Shown piece after piece: positions 59,141-64,000 of a DNA stretch of 64,000 nucleotides (positions within the stretch are counted from its first letter, which is position 1; each line of letters begins with the position of its first letter). The stretch covers positions 1,808 through 65,807 of the forward strand of contig CAIVMQ010000006.1 of NCBI GenBank assembly GCA_903907075.1, written 5' to 3'. Origin of the DNA: an uncultured Bacteroidia bacterium (lineage in GTDB: Bacteria; Bacteroidota; Bacteroidia; Bacteroidales; Prolixibacteraceae). The notes below the pieces were generated by a model. That model had not been told where the DNA came from. It worked only from the letters and a program-made list of their open reading frames with translations, and did not search any database. Made by a program: the position numbers and the translations under genes.

Positions 59141-59404
59141 TTAAGCCTTACGCTTGTCCATATGTTTTGAATAGCGGGTAAGGAATTTATCTACACGACC
59201 GGCTGTATCGACAAGTTTCATCTTGCCGGTATAAAATGGATGTGAAGTATTTGAAATTTCCACCTTAATAAGTGGATACTCAATGCCATCAATTTCAATA
59301 CTCTCTTTAGATGCAGCTGATGACCTGGTAATAAAAGTATGCTCATTCGACATATCTTTAAATGCTACCAGCCGATAACTTTCCGGATGTATTCCCTTTT
59401 TCAT
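59141..59404 (-). CDS. rpmE: 50S ribosomal protein L31, type B
   Basis: MKKGIHPE start, no CxxC zinc motif, 87 aa. Confidence 0.9.
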   Translation of the reverse strand: MKKGIHPESYRLVAFKDMSNEHTFITRSSAASKESIEIDGIEYPLIKVEISNTSHPFYTGKMKLVDTAGRVDKFLTRYSKHMDKRKA

Positions 59405-59461
59405 GTGTATTTTTATTTATTAAATATCTTGATCAAAAATCGTTTACTTGGATATGGGGTG

Positions 59462-59469
59462 CAAAGATA
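59462..59469 (-). promoter_or_regulatory. -7 box TATCTTTG (minus strand) for rpmE
   Basis: Plus-strand caaagata. On the minus strand it is followed by CACC, as at the hflX, tex and pfkA promoters. Confidence 0.55.
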
Positions 59470-59552
59470 AGCATACTTCAATAATTTGCAATAGTAATTT
59501 TTAAAGAATTTGCATGTTTTTTTCTTTCTCTCAAATTATTAGGTGTAAAACG

Positions 59553-60761
59553 TTAATTTTCTGTGGCAGAAGCTTTCTCCTCACGATTCGCACGTAGATC
59601 TTTCATGAGCATGGGTGCCCTTTCAAATGGTGCTTCCCGGTTAAAAAGATAGCGCATTGTATAGTGTGTTTTTGCCGGGATACTGCCTACAGAGGTGTAA
59701 ATTGATACCATCTTAGGATTAAAATCACCTACCCACGATAGTTCAACTTCATTATACCATAATTTTCGTTGCATAACCTTATCTAGATGCCAAAATACGG
59801 CAGATTCCAATCCCGTACCTTGAAATTTCGGAACAACACCCATTAATAATATCCGTGTTCGAGTTATTGTCCTGATCTTTCGATACCAGATAAACTTCAA
59901 CAAACTCCAGAAATTTGTCTTTCCATTGAGCTTTTTAAGTATTTGATTCCAGTCGGGTATCATACCAAAAAGTAGGACCGGCTCATCTTTGTAATAGGCA
60001 AACCAAATAAATTCCTCCTCTGCAATGAGTTTGGCTACCTTCATCATCCCTCGGATATCATCAAGATCTACGGTCTGATGATTGTCATGTCGAGCCCACG
60101 CGAGTTCATAAATCTTTACAAAATCCTGTATGTATTTCTCAATATTGTCAAATCTGACATGTTCAAATCTAAAGTCAGGTTTTTTTGCTACCCACTCCGA
60201 TATCTTCCAAAATCGCTCCGGGAAGGGCTCTTTATGATTCAAATGATAACTGTATTGTTCAAAATAAACCTTGAAGCCATAGTTCTCAAATAAATGCAAG
60301 TAGTATGGCTTATTGTAAGGCATACCAAAACCTTGTTGCATAAACCCTTTTACAAGCAATCCCCAGTTGATGAGGTTTTCTCCAAAATTAATCGGGCCAT
60401 CCATTGCCTCCATCCCTCGTTGAGCAAGCCAATTCTTGGCAGTATTAAACAGTAAATCTGCGGCCTCTTGACTGTCAATACATTCAAAGAATCCGCACCC
60501 TCCGGTGGGTTGTTGGAAAGTATACGCTTTATTCTCATTTATAAATGCACCAATTCTTCCAATCGTGTTGCCTTGGTCGTCTCTGAGAATCCATCGTGTG
60601 CCATCACCGTGTTTAAAGAACTCATTTTTTGTTGGGTCAAACGTCCCATCTTCCAGTGCCTCTAATGGAGCAACCCAGTTTTGATCGTTCTTGTAAATCT
60701 GATGGGCAACCTTGTGAAACTCCTTAACTGAATTCTTGTCTTTTACTTCAATAATTTGCAT
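59553..60761 (-). CDS. Hypothetical cytoplasmic protein, possibly a double-GNAT-like acyltransferase
   Basis: 402 aa, no signal peptide. Only weak resemblance by eye to GNAT-type folds (QGTGLESAVF). Confidence 0.35.
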   Translation of the reverse strand: MQIIEVKDKNSVKEFHKVAHQIYKNDQNWVAPLEALEDGTFDPTKNEFFKHGDGTRWILRDDQGNTIGRIGAFINENKAYTFQQPTGGCGFFECIDSQEAADLLFNTAKNWLAQRGMEAMDGPINFGENLINWGLLVKGFMQQGFGMPYNKPYYLHLFENYGFKVYFEQYSYHLNHKEPFPERFWKISEWVAKKPDFRFEHVRFDNIEKYIQDFVKIYELAWARHDNHQTVDLDDIRGMMKVAKLIAEEEFIWFAYYKDEPVLLFGMIPDWNQILKKLNGKTNFWSLLKFIWYRKIRTITRTRILLMGVVPKFQGTGLESAVFWHLDKVMQRKLWYNEVELSWVGDFNPKMVSIYTSVGSIPAKTHYTMRYLFNREAPFERAPMLMKDLRANREEKASATEN

Positions 60762-60863
60762 GCCTAATTTATAGGGATAAATTGAATTACAAAAATAGTG
60801 ATTTTTAAATGGTGTTCACAAAGCAGATTGGAGATATCCTATGTGATTTCGAAAAATTCTTAA

Positions 60864-61589
60864 TTAAGACTTTATCGATCTGCGTTGGACGATCTCTACT
60901 ACTTCCTCACAATCCAGCTCAGTTAATATAAGCTCTGCATGCTGTCTGGAAACCTCTGAATCAATGGTCTTGAGGATTTCCGCATGACGCATTGTCAATT
61001 CATGCAAATTCAGATTGCGCATACCAATCTGGATAAAGACTCTGGAGAATACCGTTGCCAACTGAGAATCTTTGGAAAGGGGTGGCATTAGCTCAAAGAA
61101 ATGGTCGAAATATTCATCCGGTGCATCTGTATCAGTCAGTGCTAATCGTCCAATCATTAATAATCCAACAATTTTTACCAATAGTTTCTTTCCAATAGAA
61201 TATTCGAATGCTTTTTTGTAGGCGAAATTAGTTTTTGTAAATAAGTTCATGGCGGCCTGTTCGGCAAGTTCAATAGAACTGAAATTCCGAACCCAGAAAT
61301 CAATCTGATTCTCGGTCACTTCATCGGGCTGTTCTAGCAACGTTGCTAATATCATTGTCTCGCGCCATTGTTTAGTCCATAATTTCAACGCTAAAAGGTG
61401 GTTTTGTGTGTATTGGGAAGCTACTTGATGTAGCATCGGTATCGAGACTCCATAATTTACCTTGTAATTCACCCCCCTTTTTTGCATTGAATTGACTACG
61501 TCCCCGTTTTTATAACGCTTAATCTGGACTAAAATTTCTTGAAAAATCAGCTCCGTATCTGGATTGTCGAGTAAATAATTCATTGCCAA
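60864..61589 (-). CDS. DNA alkylation repair protein (AlkD-like HEAT-repeat family)
   Basis: 241 aa, all-helical, with a W/R-rich repeat pattern typical of the DNA alkylation repair enzyme family. Confidence 0.55.
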   Translation of the reverse strand: MAMNYLLDNPDTELIFQEILVQIKRYKNGDVVNSMQKRGVNYKVNYGVSIPMLHQVASQYTQNHLLALKLWTKQWRETMILATLLEQPDEVTENQIDFWVRNFSSIELAEQAAMNLFTKTNFAYKKAFEYSIGKKLLVKIVGLLMIGRLALTDTDAPDEYFDHFFELMPPLSKDSQLATVFSRVFIQIGMRNLNLHELTMRHAEILKTIDSEVSRQHAELILTELDCEEVVEIVQRRSIKS

Positions 61590-61699
61590 TTTAATTTATA
61601 AACAATGAACAAAGTTAACATTACCCCAATTACAATACTAACTAAGTAATAAGATTAAAAAGATGTCGTATTTAGTATCATATCCTTAAGTTGAAAAAA

Positions 61700-61846
61700 A
61701 TACTTTTCGCCACCAAAACACCATCCCGCACTTGCGGGACCAAAAAGGCACGAAAGATAGTTGTTAGATGTATTTTAGTGTCCGCCGGCTGGCGCATTAG
61801 TGTTTTAGTTCGTCGGTTGACGGATGGTGGCATTTTTTCATTTTTC
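61700..61846 (+). ncRNA. Candidate structured small RNA (three GC hairpins inside a long-range stem, followed by a U tract)
   Basis: Hairpins at 61724-61739 (TCCCGC-ACTT-GCGGGA), 61783-61794 (CGCC-GGCT-GGCG) and 61810-61823 (TCGTC-GGTT-GACGG). GCCACC (61709-61714) pairs with GGTGGC (61826-61831). TTTTTTCATTTTT follows at 61833-61845. The strand and ends are inferred. Confidence 0.35.
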
Positions 61847-62017
61847 ATTATTAAGAAATCAGTCCATTATGGAAATATGACCTTAAAACCTTCTTGTTAC
61901 TTAACTTATATTTGGATTGCTATTTCATTCAAATAATGACAATATCCAGAAATCCAGTTAATTAACAATGCTGTCGATTTTTCGGAGAATCATTTGTGCG
62001 AATCGGAAAACATTATC

Positions 62018-62025
62018 TATATTTG
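62018..62025 (+). promoter_or_regulatory. Canonical Bacteroidota promoter for tRNA-His (-7 TATATTTG, -33 TTTG at 61993-61996)
   Basis: TTTG, 21 nt, TATATTTG, with the box ending 12 nt before the tRNA 5' end. Confidence 0.65.
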
Positions 62026-62037
62026 CATCCGTTAAAT

Positions 62038-62112
62038 GGTGGATGTAGCTCAGTTGGTTAGAGCACTGGTTTGTGGTACCAGGGGTCGTGGGTTCAAGCC
62101 CCATCTTCCACC
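62038..62112 (+). tRNA. tRNA-His (anticodon GTG) with an encoded G-1
   Basis: Hand-folded cloverleaf. Acceptor GTGGATG/CTTCCAC with one U-U mismatch. D arm GCTC/GAGC. Anticodon stem CTGGT/ACCAG with loop TTGTGGT. T arm GTGGG-TTCAAGC-CCCAT. An extra 5' G opposite C73 is the tRNA-His hallmark. Confidence 0.9.
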
Positions 62113-62120
62113 CATTTTAA

Positions 62121-62158
62121 AGCCCAACAGGTAATGCTTACCTCGTTGGGCTTTTTTT
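62121..62158 (+). terminator. Intrinsic terminator after tRNA-His
   Basis: agcccaacaggtaa pairs with ttacct(c)gttgggct, followed by TTTTTTT (62152-62158). Confidence 0.85.
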
Positions 62159-62187
62159 ATCGATTTACATTGTTCACTACAATTGGT

Positions 62188-62793
62188 TTAATTTGCTTTT
62201 GGTTGAAAAAGAGTTGCCCATTTTCTTAACTCATCTTCAGCCTTTTTTTGTTTGGTTATATCGATAATCGTTATACAGCAGTACTCCTCATCGTGGCTAA
62301 TAACTCCTGTTAATCCAACGTCAACTGTTGTTTTACTATCAATTTGAAGGGACACCTCACAGGTTTGTATCTTATTTTCAGTAAAAATACGCCATATAAA
62401 ATGATTAAAAACGGGTTTTGATTCGGTTAAGATAAACTGAATAAGTTGAATTCCCTTTAATTTTGAACCCTCTTTTTGAAAAATTTGTGAGCCCAAATGA
62501 TTTATCTCTCCGATAAGCCCGACCTTTGAAAGAGTTATATATCCCATTGGTGCATGATAATATAGGTCAAAATATTTCTTCGCATAATTAGAAGAGGCAA
62601 TTTGTGCTAACCGGAGTTCCTCATTTTGTAATTCCAATTCTATCTGATGAACTTCCAATTCATGTATTACCCCGATTATATCTTCCTCCGATAATTTTTG
62701 CTGGCCCTTTATGGTCTTAGCACTTAGTAATTCTTCCGCTCGTTCACGAAGTTCTTCGCTTTTTGTCTTTTTATTTTTCATCTGAGGATTCAT
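62188..62793 (-). CDS. Stand-alone coiled-coil plus PAS domain protein
   Basis: HELEVHQIELELQNEELR leader motif followed by one PAS-like fold. No kinase or output domain. ATG 62793 preferred over TTG 62814. Confidence 0.6.
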   Translation of the reverse strand: MNPQMKNKKTKSEELRERAEELLSAKTIKGQQKLSEEDIIGVIHELEVHQIELELQNEELRLAQIASSNYAKKYFDLYYHAPMGYITLSKVGLIGEINHLGSQIFQKEGSKLKGIQLIQFILTESKPVFNHFIWRIFTENKIQTCEVSLQIDSKTTVDVGLTGVISHDEEYCCITIIDITKQKKAEDELRKWATLFQPKAN

Positions 62794-63010
62794 TTTTAGT
62801 AGTAAATTAACCAACTAGTCTGCTGATTACATGAAATATGCAACGTATTAAATTTTAAAATCACCCTTGTAAATTCTAATGTTCTTTTTATAGTGAGAAT
62901 GAATCCCCTTTTAAGTTAGAGATCGAATATCTGTCATTTGCTAATCGAATTTCGGTATCCTAATGTTCTTAACCAGCTATTTCTCTAAGGTACAAAAATA
63001 TATCTAAGAT

Positions 63011-63070
63011 TATCCGATTGTAGCCGATTATTTGCGAATAGAAACGGAAATAATCGGTTAATATCCGAAT
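63011..63070 (+). repeat. Phased CG-decamer array, copy B (upstream of the secreted Ig-like protein)
   Basis: tatccgattgtagccgattatttgcgaatagaaacggaaataatcggttaatatccgaat. CGs start at 63015, 63025, 63035, 63045, 63055 and 63066. About 45 of 60 positions are identical to copy A by hand alignment. Confidence 0.75.
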
Positions 63071-63088
63071 GGAGCGATATGACTAATT

Positions 63089-63096
63089 TAACTTTG
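63089..63096 (+). promoter_or_regulatory. -7 box TAACTTTG, 18 nt downstream of array copy B
   Basis: Matches TAnnTTTG. Ends 76 nt upstream of ATG 63173. Confidence 0.55.
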
Positions 63097-63172
63097 TTTG
63101 TTAACCGTTCTTTCCCTTTTCACTATTCTCTTAAAGGATGGCTGGCACAAAACCTTGTGAAACATTACAGCT

Positions 63173-64000
63173 ATGAAAAGAATTTTCCTCCACACACAAA
63201 TCTTTCTGATTGGAATAGTCTATATCATATTTGCTGCTGGTAACGCAGCAATAGGGGCCGAGGCAGGGAATGGCAAAGGAACCATGACTATCGCGCCTAG
63301 CCAGACGTGTGCCTCAAGTTCCGGTAATAGCTTCGCATTTACCTATGCCTTGCCGGCCGGCTCTAGTGCAAAATCTGGTGCTCAGGTAACGATCTTAGTC
63401 CCAGCAGGCTGGACCGCACCTCAAAAGACAACTTCAGGCTCACCTGGATATCTCTCTATCACTGGATTAGACGTTGTTATTGGCACTATTTCCGGTAGCG
63501 GACCATGGACTATTAATGTTGATTATATCTCTGATGCTGCAAATGGCCAGGCCTTTACACTAACTTATGCGGGTGGAGGGACTAAAGTGACTGCCCCCTC
63601 AATGGCAGGGACTTATACGTTTACGTCAATGTTTAAGAAAAATGGTGGCACACTTACCAATTTAGCTGTAGAACCTACAATTGTCGTCAATGAGTCTACA
63701 GCCATTACCGGTTCTTTAGTTGTTTGTGTAGGATCCACAACACAACTTACCGGCTCAATGCCAATTTCAGGAGCTACCTGGACTTCAGGTACACCTAGTG
63801 TCGCAACAATAAGTTCTTCAGGATTGGTAATTGGCCTTACGGCAGGTACGAGCGTGATCACTTATACAAATAGTTGCGGAACTGTCACTGCTACAGTAAC
63901 GGTAATTGGTACTTGTGCCCCAGTTCGTAATACGGATCTTCCCAATCCGGATGCGCATGATATTTCAGTCCCTGCAGGGACACTAGTGATTCCAATGGAT
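63173..64000 (+). CDS. Secreted Thr/Ser/Gly-rich protein with a bacterial Ig-like (Big_2-type) domain; N-terminal fragment running off the window
   Basis: My translation from ATG 63173 is open for 276 codons to the window end. Signal peptide MKRIFLHTQIFLIGIVYIIFAAGNA. Big_2-like VCVGSTTQLTGS...ATWTSGTPSVATISSSGLVIGLTAGTSVITYT. The track ORF at 63613-63861 (-) is its shadow. Confidence 0.6.
   Translation, partial: MKRIFLHTQIFLIGIVYIIFAAGNAAIGAEAGNGKGTMTIAPSQTCASSSGNSFAFTYALPAGSSAKSGAQVTILVPAGWTAPQKTTSGSPGYLSITGLDVVIGTISGSGPWTINVDYISDAANGQAFTLTYAGGGTKVTAPSMAGTYTFTSMFKKNGGTLTNLAVEPTIVVNESTAITGSLVVCVGSTTQLTGSMPISGATWTSGTPSVATISSSGLVIGLTAGTSVITYTNSCGTVTATVTVIGTCAPVRNTDLPNPDAHDISVPAGTLVIPMD

Noticed and set aside
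61771-61824. Possible CRISPR-like repeats (two similar hairpin units)
   Set aside because: There are only two or three adjacent degenerate units with no spacers of regular length and no cas genes. This is not a CRISPR array.
61691-61936. 81-aa plus-strand ORF starting with TTG
   Set aside because: Its translation is Arg/Cys/Lys-rich nonsense produced by the GC hairpins, and no promoter or start context supports it. I interpret the region as structured non-coding DNA or RNA instead.
62038-62160. tRNA-His as a possible genomic-island integration site
   Set aside because: There is no integrase, no direct repeat of the tRNA 3' end and no mobile genes in the flanks visible here.
63613-63861. 82-aa minus-strand ORF
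   Set aside because: It is the shadow of the long plus-strand secreted-protein frame, which is open from 63173 to the window end.

Overview
The window reads as a chromosomal, mostly housekeeping segment of a Bacteroidota genome. Support for that: type IX secretion and gliding genes (porQ, gldJ, porU), many TAnnTTTG -7 promoter boxes, weak Shine-Dalgarno signals and AT-rich intergenic DNA. I call about 53 protein genes on both strands, one tRNA-His and roughly ten hairpin terminators. I see no transposase, integrase, CRISPR array, rRNA or recognisable defence genes.

Four things are not explained by ordinary annotation:
1. A 60-nt array of six CG-centred decamers in helical phase (CG spacing about 10-10-10-10-11) occurs three times. 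Each copy ends exactly 18 nt upstream of a -7 box. The three promoters drive a sigma-70/ECF-type factor, ssb, and a secreted Ig-like protein.
2. A nine-gene respiratory operon joins a minimal NrfC-like FeS protein, an NrfD-like membrane protein and a membrane-anchored monoheme cytochrome c to SCO and a caa3-type oxidase. The oxidase genes are in the order I-III-IV-II, followed by heme O synthase. The operon is preceded by 779 nt with no ORF of 60 aa or more.
3. A roughly 145-nt GC-rich multi-hairpin element lies upstream of tRNA-His and shows compensatory changes between its tandem units.
4. An ApbE-DUF4266-DUF3570 envelope cluster is cut by the window edge.

All family calls come from reading motifs by eye. 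No database search was run.
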